Below the pieces are notes generated by a model. The model was not told where the DNA came from. It searched no databases and saw only the letters and a list, made by a program, of their open reading frames with translations. Positions 13,640 through 26,199 of a DNA stretch of 64,000 nucleotides are shown here, in pieces (positions within the stretch are counted from its first letter, which is position 1; the number at the start of each line of letters is the position of its first letter). Origin of the DNA: Octopus sinensis (taxonomy: Eukaryota); contig NC_043000.1 of NCBI RefSeq assembly GCF_006345805.1, positions 135,966,001 to 136,030,000 of the forward strand, read 5' to 3'. A program made the position numbers and the translations under genes.

Positions 13640-14600
13640 CTTAGGTTTTTGATTGTTTAAAAATGGCAACAATTCAAGACACCCTAAGCTTTTGTAAAAT
13701 TCCAGATTCCTTCCTTGATGTTAATATGTCCTTGTACATTGACGTGTGTTCTTATGTTCGCATTGCTTCGGGCAACTATGATGAATTTGTGGCGTCTTCT
13801 GGCGTACTGCAAGGAAACACACTTGTACCTTAACATTTATAATTATTAGAGATGCTTAGGTAATATGTAAATATATGCAAAAGACAATGGGAATGCGACT
13901 CGGGTAGGGGGTCTCCAGTACATTTACTGCTATAAAACTTGCATATTAACAGACACTAAAATTTTTCACTGGTAATTCTTTTCAAGCCGAAACGTAACAA
14001 AAATTTGAAACGATATCACAAAAGTGGGACAAAAAAAAAATCAAAGAATTAAAAGCCAAAAATAGTATTTGTTGAACCTGAACTTAACAGTCCTATACAC
14101 CGTTGCAAGAGTTCAAATTCTTATTGTCATACTTTTGTTACCGATGAAATGACATAACAGAGAGTGGAAATGTTTTGAGACAAGTTTGCGGATTAGCCTG
14201 GTAAACAAATTATTCAGTCAGTGATACAATTAAATGCAACTTTTCCAAGTCAAGGGTTTCATTGAAAGTGTTGTATTCCATAGAAGCGAAAGTTGAACAA
14301 TGACAGAAACACTAAAAGAAGCAATAAACGTTGGACATTGCTCTCTTTTACAATTGACAGTTAATTTTCAAGGTAAAAAAAAGAAAAAAGAATTGAATGG
14401 CTAATTCCAAGATCTCAAACAATGCAAGCAGAAAGATTGTTTTTCTGTAACAAACATTTTTTTTATTTAGATGTGATTAGAAAGAGAATATACAATTGGC
14501 CATTCTTTGGACATAAGACAAAAGAATTACAGAGCCTTATTATGCTGGAAAAAAATTCAAAATTAAAGACGGTCTAGCCGGATGAAATATTAGTTTTAGC
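13640..14600 (+). pseudogene. Decayed RTE-like LINE reverse transcriptase fragment
   Basis: SGVLQGNTLVP (RT motif GVLQGDTLAP) preceded by a VRIASGNYDEF-like segment. Heavily degenerate. Confidence 0.5.
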
Positions 14601-14915
14601 AAAGATTCTGCGTGTTAAGAACAGTCACACATACGCACGCGCATACACATGTATCTCTATATATACACAGGGTGTTCGGGTTAAACTTGACAGTTTGCAT
14701 AAAAAAAGTAAAGAAAACAATATCCCCTCCACCAAAAAAAAAATATTCTGAAAACATATAACGACTGGATCATGGCTGGGAGATAATAGTTTACTCAAAT
14801 TACTTGCTTGAGAGTCGCCTCAAGGCGACTCGAGAAACTGACGCACATGTTTCACATTAAGTCCTTGAGAAGATCTCCGAATATCTCTTTCAACAACAGC
14901 ACAAACATGCAAAAT

Positions 14916-15319
14916 TTTGGTTGTTGGAATCACTCCGTCGGTTACGACGACGAGGGTTCCGGTTGATCCGAATCAACGGAACAGCCTGCTCGTGAAATTA
15001 ACGTGTAAGTGGCTGAGCACTCCACAGGCACGTGTACCCTTAACGTAGTTCTCGGGGATATTCAGCGTGACACAGCGTGACACAGAGAATGACAAGGCCG
15101 GCCCTTTGAAATACAGGTACAACAGAAACAGGAAGAAAGAGTGAGAGAAAGTTGTGGTGAAAGAGTACAACAGGGATCACCACCATCCCCTGCCGGAGCC
15201 TCGTGGAGCTTTAGGTGTTTTCGTTCAATAAACACTCACAACGCCCGGTCTGGGAATCGAAACCGCGATCCTATGACCGCGAGTCCGCTGCCCTAACCAC
15301 TGGGCCATTGCGCCTCCAT
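14916..15319 (-). mobile_element. SINE family B (body 1 + tail 1) with 10-bp TSD
   Basis: Near-identical to 8368-8757. TSD CATGCAAAAT at 14906-14915 and 15320-15329. Confidence 0.92.
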
Positions 15320-15737
15320 CATGCAAAATAGGCTATCCACGACGGAGTTATTTTAATTCCTGACTACTTTATTCGTAGCTGATATAAGATGTTGATTGAA
15401 CTCGGAAGCCGTGTATCTTCTCCGTGGAGTGGCACACGCACATGAAACGGTCTGTCAGAAGGTATCTTCTTTTTTCTGTACATCAGAGAAAATGTTCTCT
15501 ATTTTCATTCCTATTGAACCTACTGTAATGTTTTCTCATATTCAGATTTGTTCTCGTTCATCTCATTCATACTGTGTTATATCTAAACTACATATATTTT
15601 TCATTCGCATTCATAGCAACCCTTGACGCTATAAAAATAACATGAACTATAAAAATAACAAACTTTTTTCAGCTTATCGTATTTCGATATGGGAAAAACC
15701 TACAACCTTCTACAGCAATAAAGACGAAAAATAAGGA

Positions 15738-15970
15738 TGCCAGCGGGCGATTATGGGATTCGAGCCCGTACTCATCATATACTAGTCGAGTGCCATAACC
15801 ATTAAGCTAAACGGCTCTCTAACAACGATTACCCCCTCACCCGCATTCTAAAGCTATTTAGCATTAAAATTGACGGTAATTGTTTTCAAGGAGCCGTTTA
15901 AATTAATAGTAAGCGCACTCGGCCGGCGGTTTCTGAGGGATATGGGTTCGAGTCCCCTAGTCACCTGCTA
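15738..15970. mobile_element. Divergent pair of tRNA-like heads
   Basis: Minus 15817-15745 and plus 15891-15966 both begin GAGCCGTTTA and carry A-box-like and B-box-like (GG[C/T]TCGA.TCCC) motifs. Acceptor stems do not pair, so these are not tRNA genes. Confidence 0.6.
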
Positions 15971-16050
15971 GTAACATTTTTCTTATATATATGTATATAT
16001 ATATATGTATATAATGTATGTATGTATGTATGTATGTATGTATGTATGTA

Positions 16051-16375
16051 TAAGCTGTGTGGTAAGAAGCTTGTTTCCCAACCGCATGGTCCCGGTTTCA
16101 GTCCCTCTGCGTGACACCTGGACGTGTGTCTTCTGCTATCGCATCAGGTCAACAAGAGCTTTGTGAGTGGAATTGGTAGCCGGAAACTGAAAGAAGCCCG
16201 TCGCTCATATATATATATGTGTATATGAGTGTCTGTGTTTGTCCCCTCATCACCGCTTGACAGACCGATAGAATAAGCACTAGGCTTCAAAAAATGTCCT
16301 GGGGTCGATTTGTTCGACCAAAACCCTTCGAGGTGGTGCCCCAGCATGACTGCAGGCGACTGAAACAGATAAATG
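16051..16375 (+). mobile_element. SINE family A, diverged, with internal deletion
   Basis: Homology to 1176-1585. Confidence 0.8.
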
Positions 16376-16401
16376 TATATACATAAATATATATAAACTA
16401 A

Positions 16402-16727
16402 CTGGCACTCCGTCGGTTACGACGACAAAGGTTCTAGTTGATCCGCCCAACGGAAGAGCCAGCTCGTGAAATTAAGATGCAAGTGGCTGAGCACTCCACA
16501 GACACGCATACTCTGGACGTAGTTCTCCGGGAGACTCAGCACGATACAAAATGAGACAAAGTTGGCCGTTAGAAATACAAGTACTACTCATTTTTGCCAG
16601 CTGAGTGAACTGAAACAACGTGAAATAAAGTGTTTCGCTCGGGGACAAAACGCGCCGCATGGAATTGAACACACGACCTTCCGATCGTGAGCCGAATACT
16701 CTAACCACTAATCCAAGAGCCTTCACA
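16402..16727 (-). mobile_element. SINE family B chimera (body 2 + tail 1)
   Basis: Body CACTTTATTTCACGTTG...CAGCTGGCAAAAATGAGTA as in 20149; tail ...GTCGTCGTAACCGACGGAGTG as in 8368. Confidence 0.8.
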
Positions 16728-17155
16728 TATGCACATGCACACGTTCACACACACACACACAGACGCACGGTACATACACACGCTTTCTGAGACACATAGA
16801 AGTCAAAAGCCTTGCGTATAGACACACATACAAGTCCTCACATATATATTGCTATAATAATTCGATTATCCATATCTGTTCATGTAGCTATGCCTCTTTT
16901 CATTCATTCCCATATATACTTATGCAACATAGACTCAGACACACAAACATACACATATAAGATATATGCGTTTGTGTATGCGTGTACACGCATAACGATA
17001 AACGCTTACAAATGTCTCTCTACTAAATTGCTTTTAAATATATTTGTCAGTGTATCCTGTCGCCTGTATATCTATTTTTTTAATTCATCTGTTACTTGAC
17101 AAACACGCGTGCACATGTTTGTGCATGTATGGGTGTATGTACACGCATGCACATA

Positions 17156-17192
<37 letters not shown>

Positions 17193-18878
17193 CATATCCA
17201 TAAATATATGCATTCTTACATATCCATAAATTTGCACACATGCTAAACCATACATATAATATATATAACTAATGTATAGAATATAAAGTAAAATAAAATA
17301 TGTACCATAAACTATAAAATATATAATATACATAATACATAATGCATATATATATATATATTTATGTAATACATATAATACGTGCAGTATGCATAATAGT
17401 TAAAAAGCTGCATGCATAAAACATAACATAGTATAATAAAAAGAGTTGCGAGTACAAAAGTGGATATTACCAAGAATTATATGTAGTAAAACATATTTAT
17501 AATAAAATTATGTATTTATGCATATCTATATGCGTGTGTATGTTTGAATGGGTGTTTGCATTGATGTGTGTATGGATACATACATACATACATATATGCG
17601 CATACACTCATACAAGAAGGAAAATATAATATGAAAATGAAAAGGTAAATATTGGTAAATGTAAACATTATTATCATGGTATTAAATGTGTTGTAACAGA
17701 TCTTATGAATTTGAAAATGTAAAAGTATCAATACAAAATATATTTTTTAAAACGTTTTTTTTTTTCGTTGCTGATTAATGCATATAGAACTATGGATTTT
17801 GCCCGTCTGTAGTTGAAATTGTCTTACGAGATACCGATCTTTGAGAAAAGCTCAGACTTTTAGTTAAAAATATGTTGCATTCTGTCGTCAGATTCAGGAT
17901 GAATGCTAGAACGTTGTTGTATAGGTTGACATTTTCAATGACTGTCTAGTTTATTTTAATGTTTTCGCCATTCGCTTTTAAGGCTGCAGATATATTTAAC
18001 CAATGAGGTTTGGTCTCTATGTTCTGGATATCAAAATGAGAAGAGGTGCTCCGTAGTTCAACAATTTATTGAATCGGCTGTGAAGCCGATCGATATAATT
18101 TCTGTCTATGTTTTCAGGCAAAGAGATGTTGTAATTGCAGAGATAAATGACCAGATACTTTTGTGTCTATATTTAAAAAAAGTAAAGTTAAACTTTAATT
18201 TTGAAAGAAAGGCAAAATAGATGCAATGCTTGAGAAAACGTTGCCTCCGTCAGAGTGGTGAATGTAGCTGAGCCGAAATTACGAAGTTACTATCAAGCTT
18301 TCCCTTTTAATGATAAAATTTGATACTCTTCGTAACTGTATTGATTGATCCATCAATTAATGTTTGTTTTATATATCAATATACATAAAAAATTATTCAT
18401 TCATACAAATATAAGAGTGTGTGTGTGTGTGTATACATACATATACATACATAGAAACCATAAAATGTCAGCAGGTATGAGGGGTGAATATATTCAATCA
18501 CTTAATATCTGTAGGATTACGCTGCAAATATACACGTAACATGGCAAATATACGTGACAAAGCTATCTCTTCAGTTCATCAGAACATCATGGCTACACCA
18601 ATGCTTAACCATGATGTTTTTCTAAGAACTTCACGGACATCAAACTCACGTGCTCCTCTCACTATGCTCAGTGGCGAGGTACAGTAAAATGAATTGAGTT
18701 TTTACGAGAATGTACTTGCAATCGACTCCTATGCCTGCTACACACGCACACACAAGCTTATACATACATGAATATATACGCATTTACTGTCACTGAATAT
18801 ATATCTGAATACAAAATCCTAAATTAATATCGAATTATCATTTCAAAAACAAGTTATTATTTATCGAATTATAAGAGA

Positions 18879-19197
18879 CTACCAGTATCGCCCGGCGTTG
18901 CTCGGGTTTGTTTCGACCCTTTAGAATTGAAATTTTTAAACATTATTCTGGTTGAAATACACCGAAAAATGGCGACACAGCAGTCAAAAAATCGTAAAAA
19001 ATAGGGCTTTTCATTGAAAAAAAAGCACCTTTTTGATGTAAATAATTTTTGGTGTTAACGAAAGGAAGAGCAAGCCCTTTCCTATCATACTCTCAATTTT
19101 GGTCAACTTGTGCCGCAGGGTCTCGGAGGAGATGATGCTAGTTGAAGGCTACCAAACCTGCTATACACAGACAACTTCAGCTTTATGTATAGAGAGA
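18879..19197 (-). mobile_element. Non-autonomous Helitron
   Basis: Minus strand starts A|TCTCTCTATA and ends with a CCCGAGCAACGCCGGGCG hairpin then GTAG|T. Homologous to 60460-60712. Confidence 0.75.
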
Positions 19198-19469
19198 TTA
19201 ATGAACGCTTGAACGCTTGAACGCCCGAAAGTATTTTACCAGTACCAGGTTTTGTGAGTAACGACTCTAAGTTTAATGACATCTTTAGATTAGATGTGTC
19301 TTTTAACTATTCCTTAATTTACAACCTTATTCTGCTTTCCATCCTCTTGACTAACTTTATAATTCTTAAATGTTGGTAATTCTGATTCGAAATTTAGCTT
19401 GCTGGTGAACTGTTGGTTCATCAACATCTCACTGCTTTCTAAAACTCCCTGGAAGTATATCAGGGAACC

Positions 19470-20045
19470 GAATCCAGCTGCTATACATATGGTTTTCCAG
19501 CTGCTTCACATAGCCATTTGAATTGAGTCTAAGGCCTTGTTCAAAGTTGTGGAGCGGCCTGACATACGCCCTCGCTAGAGACACACACAAAAACCATCAA
19601 TGTTTTGGGGAACTTGGTTTCCATGATACATGGGATATCACATGGATTGTAGGCAAGACACCTGTTGTACTGGGTGTTGCGCAACTGGTCCTAGCAGACG
19701 TTCTTTTCATATACCTCAGCTTGTTCAAGACCTTCTGTATCTTCGCCAAGCAGTTCTCATTGGTCTTGGCTGCCAGAAACTGGCCCTTGTACATCTTGTA
19801 CGATTAGTGGCGAAGGCCCTCATTCAGGTTTACTTCCTGATGGTGACTATACACCAAAGCTCGGATTCCCTTCCTCGGGTCTTCCATCACCTTGTCTTGC
19901 ATTCGCCAGATGAATTCCGGCGTGCAGACGCTGTCAGCACGCCTGCTGAGTCCCTTACTACTGTCTACGGCTTTTTAGTCTACGATGTAGCTGTCCATGT
20001 CTTACAACCTTTACAGGGTTCACGGAGCATTGAGCAACAGTCATG
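19470..20045 (-). pseudogene. Decayed Tc1/mariner-superfamily transposase
   Basis: Minus translation: VMEDPRKGIRAL, SYKMYKGQFLAAKTNENCLAKIQKVLNKL, and SSPKH*WFLCVSLARAYVRPLHNFEQGLRLNSNGYVKQLE (KHP.SVMV...S..G...PP.FF..GL..N...Y pattern). Confidence 0.75.
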
Positions 20046-20148
20046 ATACCGGCATTTTTATATCCGACGCGAATCATCATGATACAGCTAAATCTTTTCC
20101 ATTATTTAGATGGCTTCCATTCATTCATGTCAGCTAACTTTTTCCCGA

Positions 20149-20396
20149 GTGGAGGCGCATGGCTTAGTGGTTAGGGTGTCAGCATCATGATCGCAAGGTT
20201 GTGGTTTCGATTCCTGGACCGGGCGACGCGTGGTGTTCTTGAGCAAAACACTTCATTTCACGTTGCTCCAATCCACTCAGCTGGCAAAAATGAGTAACGC
20301 TGCGATGGACTAGCGTCCCATCCACCTGGGAACACATAGGCCATTGAAACCAGTAAACCGGGCCCATGAGCCTGGCTAGGCTTTAAAAGGGCGCAT
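20149..20396 (+). mobile_element. SINE family B (body 2 + tail 2)
   Basis: Head GGAGGCGCATGGCTTAGTGGTTAGGG...GGTTTCGATTCC and tail GAGCCTGGCTAGGCTTTAAAAGGGCGCA. Sister copy at 38411. Confidence 0.88.
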
Positions 20397-20592
20397 TAAT
20401 TTTATTATTATTAATTTTTTCCCAACACGTTTAATCTTTATGCTCTCCTACGCTGTTGACTGTTCACCAATACATGAAGCTGTTTCTGAAAAACGGGGAC
20501 AAAAGACTTGTCCAATTTATCCCTAACACCCAATCTATCTATCTATCTATACATAATACATACATACATACATACATACATACATACATACA

Positions 20593-20625
<33 letters not shown>

Positions 20626-20648
20626 TATTTCACACACCAACTTTCTCA

Positions 20649-20682
<34 letters not shown>

Positions 20683-20859
20683 AAATATATTTTCCACTTC
20701 AATGTGGCTAACCACTAAGGGTGGATGCTACTGCTGGCGATTGACACACTTTCTGTGCCCTATCAGTATTTGCAAAAGGAAGCCATCCTTCCCATCGGCG
20801 ACCTTACGTGAAACACACGGACCCGGGTATCTGAGTATTATACCTCGTTCAGAGATTTA

Positions 20860-20922
20860 TTATATACATATGTACATATATATATATATTATATATATAT
20901 ATATTATATATATATATAATAT

Positions 20923-20978
<56 letters not shown>

Positions 20979-21005
20979 GTATATATATGTATATATATAT
21001 GTATA

Positions 21006-21052
<47 letters not shown>

Positions 21053-21125
21053 GTATGTATATATATATATATGTATATATATGTATGTATATATATGTAT
21101 ATATATATACATATATATATATATG

Positions 21126-21176
<51 letters not shown>

Positions 21177-21300
21177 GTATATATATGTATATATATGTAT
21201 GTATATATATATGTATATATATGTATATATATATATTATATATATGTATATAGATATGTATATATACGTCTATATGTATGTATTTGTATGTGTGTATATC
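20860..21300. repeat. Compound (TA)n/(TATG)n microsatellite
   Basis: Seen directly in sequence. Confidence 0.95.
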
Positions 21301-22297
21301 TAAGTATATAAAAATGTATATATATTACCAACATCAACAAAAATGCTTTATTCAAATACTCGTGTAAATTATATTTTACAGCTTGACGCAAAAATTGAAT
21401 TATGAACACATCAGTAGCAGGCAACAATAGTTTGCCACAGAGAAGTAAGAAAAAAAAGAAGAAGACAAATCGGAATTCTTAAAGGGCAATAAATAATTCA
21501 GGCAATTCAGAAAATAGCTGAACATTCTTAATCTAACAATTAATAGCCAAAGTAAATATTTCAGAACTTAGTTTTCTGTCAATGATGATGATGATGATAA
21601 AAACAATAACAGTAGCAGCAGCGGCAACAACAACAACCATAATTATAGAATTAATAAAGATGATGATGTTGATGATGATGATGATAATGATGATTATGAT
21701 GATGATGAATTAGTCGATGAAGATGATGATGAGGGAAGAGAAGGGGGGAGAAGAGTGTGATGATAAACATGATGAATAAATAGCAAATAAATAACCATTT
21801 GAAATTAGTGTATCTTAATATTTATTGTTCTCATTGTTCTTCTTAACTGTTATTTTTCCTTCATATTTCTTTTTACAAATTATTTTGTAGAATACTTTTT
21901 GTTTTATCTTTCAGAATATATATAATATATGTATGTTTATTTTTGTTTTCAAATACCAACATCTATTAGTAGTATAGTGATAAAAAAAATATGCTTCTAA
22001 TCTACTGCACAAATACTTTCTTTTACTCTTCGTATATCTTTGAATGAACGTATTTCTGTTAGGTTTTATATTTAACCTGATCATCATTATTAAGAAATAC
22101 CGAATTGTATTTTCACCTTCCATTAGAATTGACTGCTATCATTATTATTAATATTTTAAGAAAAAACATGATTTACTGAAGTTACTAATACTAGCTTTCA
22201 ATTTAAAAAGGTGGAAAATAGGTTAATTAAATAGTTAATATGCACACAGATTACGGTATTCTTAAAAACTACACTACATGCTTATATACGCACATAC

Positions 22298-22394
<97 letters not shown>

Positions 22395-22524
22395 AAGGGG
22401 TATTGGTATCTAGGCACGTAACGCTAAGTAAGTACTATGCACAGACCGTAGTTAAACTCTTGGTTTGATAGTGATACGAGAGAGGAGTCTAATGTGGGTC
22501 TCGTATTAGCCTGCATATATATAT

Positions 22525-22817
22525 ATTAGACAAAAGAGACAACAAAGCCAGGTCTGTGAGGATTTTTCAGGACATTTATAAGGACAAATATATAGATATA
22601 GACTATATCTATATATTTTTCCTCATACTGTTGTGTTTGGGGAGAGTCATTTTCTTTTTGTGCCTTATAATTTAACGCACACACTGGTAAAATTTCTACT
22701 TATTTCTTATCTATTTTCCTAAAATTTTCGTTGCGTCTTGCAACCTTTTCAATTGTCCTTATAAATGTACTGAAACCTCCTCACAGCCTTGGCTTTGTTA
22801 TCCCATTTTGTTTTAAT
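22525..22817. mobile_element. Element with ~58-bp imperfect terminal inverted repeats enclosing an antisense Penelope pLTR-like segment
   Basis: Arms 22531-22587 and 22753-22810 are reverse complements at about 85% by eye. Core 22628-22752 is homologous to the 51.1-51.3 kb hairpin arms. Confidence 0.7.
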
Positions 22818-22822
22818 ATATA

Positions 22823-22885
<63 letters not shown>

Positions 22886-22939
22886 CATACACGTGTGTGT
22901 GTGTAATATTGATAATGTAATTATATAATGACAAAGGTG

Positions 22940-23900
22940 GATTGAAAGTTAGATTAATGAGAAACCCGTCAAGATAACTCTCCCAATTCAATACTCATTT
23001 CCAACACTCAGCAATGCATCTATCCCACAAGGCTCAATACTTCGGCCATTTCTGTCTTTAGTCATCATAGAAATCCTGCGAAAATAAACTGTATTTCTGT
23101 TTGCATAGATAAGAGAAAGAAAAAGCTATATCGATGTAGTAATATCCTTAAATTGGGCCTTGCTGGGTTAAAAGTTTGACCAGACAATGGTATCCTCAAG
23201 ATATAAATCATAGTCTCTCGCCCGTAAATGAATGTTTGGAAGTTACAGTCTGCCCTTCTTTTTGTTTTTAAAGCAGCTTCAGATTTTGAATATTACCATA
23301 TGCAGTAGACTGGTGTGGGCAAAAATACGTCCAATATATGTTATAGAGATGCGAAGAAGTTGGGGACACTATGGAAAAAATCAGACGAGCCGGTTAAGGG
23401 AAGAAGAGACAGTTTGCCAAAGTTCAAATCTGAATAATACTTTTATCTTTGCTGAAATAGTTTTATCTTTGCTGGACGAATACTTCATGATGCCCACTTC
23501 CCTACACCATACAAGCTCAAACGAAAGCTCTTGCAAAAATTGCGATTGATGGAGCTTAACCATGAAAAATTTCTTATGAGAGCTAACAACTGGAGAGAAA
23601 TGTTGACATAATAATAATTCTATATAAAAAAAAGTACAAACTACAGCCCATTCAGCAATGTTACTGTCCGTCAGAACAAAGCAATGCTACTGTGCAGTAT
23701 GAAATATGCTATTTACCAGGGACCAATATATTCATGCCCTCTGGACAATTGACGCCAAAGATCACACTCCGGAAGACCCTCTGGCCTTCACTCAGTATTT
23801 TGAATTACTTCATGATAGTGTCCCTAGATCTACTCGATCAATGACGCAGGTTCTCAAACTGCGAGTGCACAAACATCTCTGTTCATTCCCACCATTAGAA
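22940..23900 (+). pseudogene. Decayed CR1/L2-like LINE RT fragment
   Basis: SIPQGSILRPFLSL (RT motif GVPQGSILGPLLF) and C-terminal FKLRVHKHLCSFP. Confidence 0.55.
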
Positions 23901-24309
23901 ATACAGTGAACCAGTGTCATCTAATAAAGTTGATTATGTGTGTCATTGTATATATCAGTAAAGGCTCGTCATGATTTGTCTTTGTGTATGTTTAATAGTT
24001 ATGTACAGTGTGTTTAATATGGGCCAGTTTGCAAAACAATTTTTAAAGGTGATTTTATTTTGGTATTTGCAGTGTGACATGATCTTTCTTTTGTTAGAAA
24101 TATATGTGTTTGTGTGATTGCGTTGTAGGAAAAAGAAAATTTTACAAAATTAGGTATGATGATGCGCAGTTTATTAATTCAGGTGCAAAACATGGAACGA
24201 GAAAAAAAGAGACGAAATTAAGAATTACGATCCTCATCCTCTCTGATTGCAGAAAGGTCATTAAATACATCTGGTTTAGAACACAATAACAGAAAATATG
24301 TCTAAGTCT

Positions 24310-25140
24310 GCGAAACTCAATCCAGAGTGGGTGGTGCCCTCCAGTTCGATAAAAGTAACCTGCTAAAACTTTCAGGTATCGAATGAAACAGTGTGTTGGA
24401 ATTGCTGGATCGAAGAAGAATATGAAATCTTTCTGCTACGCATGTTGCCTTTCTTAGATCCATTAACATATGGCTTGGATTTCTCCACTATTCTCCTCTT
24501 AGTTGTAGGTGGTGTGGGGCTGCTTTTCAAATTCCATACGTGGCTAGCCAACTTAGATGCATTATTTTTATCGATGTTCCGGAAAGGATGTAGGTGGTTT
24601 GCACAACGTCCCTTGAATTCGCCCTCACATAACCCGATGTAATTCTTTTCAGTTGGTTTCTCTTGGAGCATAGCTGTAACTTCAACCTTATATATGATGG
24701 AGTTTATCGTAAATGTCTGACCAAGTGGGTAACCATCAGATACTCGACAGTTACATCTAGGAGGGGTCACTTGGTGATTTTTGCAAGTTATAATGTTCTT
24801 CATGGTGTAGCAGCTGTATGATATTTTTTATTGAATATCTGTTAAAAATATTCCTGTATTTATGATTTATTGGAAAATGTTTATCTAAAAGTGACAGGAA
24901 TTTCTAGTCTACGTTAGTCTTAATATTAAAGGAGAAAGGAGAGCGTACCAAATTATTTTCCTTTGTTTATTTTTTTTGGTCTATTTTTCGATTCATATTT
25001 TAACTTAAATAGTTGTAATATATTTTATCTTTAAAGCCACAGTTAGCTAGGGCATTGTTATAGTAGGGGACTGCCTTATCTGATATTTGTTTAGAAGATA
25101 CATTTAATATCCTATTAATGTTAGCTATCAGATTTTTAAA
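24310..25140 (-). pseudogene. Penelope-like element RT-thumb/GIY-YIG remnant
   Basis: RKIIWY...KFLSLLDKHFPINHKYRNIFN...SYSC, then ORF 24372-24803: CNCR...IIYKVEV...YIGLCEGEFKGRCANH...ASKLASHVWNLK. Confidence 0.88.
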
Positions 25141-25332
25141 ACCTGCAGGGCAGTGACAGGAGTGTTTATCAATGCATGGTTTATGATACAGCTTAAAAGA
25201 GCGGGAGTTTAAAATCTATATGTGTGTGTGTGTGTGTGTGTGCGTGTGTGTGTATAGTTGAAAAACATTAGAGACCTATACAAATCAAAATTTTATATAT
25301 AAAAGATGGAGGTGGAAATAGCACAGAAGTAA

Positions 25333-25381
25333 GTCTGGGGGTTAAGAACATATTCTTGAGATATGTTCTTGACCCCCAGAC
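25333..25381. repeat. 21-bp-stem hairpin
   Basis: GTCTGGGGGTTAAGAACATAT-tcttgag-ATATGTTCTTGACCCCCAGAC; one G.U pair. Confidence 0.9.
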
Positions 25382-25573
25382 AGAAGATAAACTGTTTTTA
25401 CTTCAAATTTTTATAAATTTTTACTGATATTTGATAAGATGAGATTCATGGAAACTGGTAATATTTTCTTTACATAATTCTATATAATTTTAAAAATCAT
25501 TTTTATTAAGTTTTCTCTTAAATGAAATGTCTTAGACTTCTATGCTATTTTCACTGTCATTTTATATATATAT

Positions 25574-25627
<54 letters not shown>

Positions 25628-25629
25628 TC

Positions 25630-25824
25630 TATTTAAAGGACACAATACATGTCGTTAAGTGCTGCTAATAGTTTCATATGCTGAGAAATATCTCAAACAT
25701 ATTCTTCAGACAAAAACCACATTGTTATGATGTATGGTTTGTGTCTGAAGAATATGTATGAGATACTTCTCAACATATCAAACTGTTACTAGCACTTACA
25801 GACATGTACTATGTACTTTAAATA
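25630..25824. repeat. ~195-bp imperfect palindrome made of two divergent HHR-bearing arms
   Basis: Arms of about 95 bp, roughly 85% complementary by eye. Confidence 0.88.
25662..25713 (-). ncRNA. Type I hammerhead ribozyme candidate
   Basis: ttgt-CTGAAGA-atatg tt tgaga tatt tctca g catat-GAAA-ctat-TA/gcag. Intact core and 10-bp stem II; weak stems I and III. Confidence 0.6.
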
Positions 25825-26199
25825 AATTATATATATATACGTATATATACATGTGGATATGCACATATACATCATTACAATATTAATAAAGCTTAAAGAG
25901 CCATTCGAACTGACGAAAATGAAGTTCTATATGTTTTTGCAATGCCCATCAAATTCGACACAGACATGCGCACGCACACCCAAAGGATAAAAATTAAGGA
26001 AAATGTATACCAATGTATACTCGCAACGAAATAGAGATAATATACTTTATGAGTTAGACGATAAGCAGCACCTAGACATAATGAACCTTTGACACTGATG
26101 AAACTAAAATTCCAAATATTTTTATCATAGCCACTCGACTTTGACATACAAACGTCAACATACATATGAAAACCAGATATTCACAAACACAAACACGAG

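Noticed and set aside
14668-14915. Tc1/mariner TIR start (CAGGGTGTTC)
   Set aside because: No matching opposite TIR or transposase motif could be identified.
15745-15966. Functional tRNA genes
   Set aside because: Acceptor stems do not pair and the anticodon arms are irregular; treated as tRNA-derived heads.
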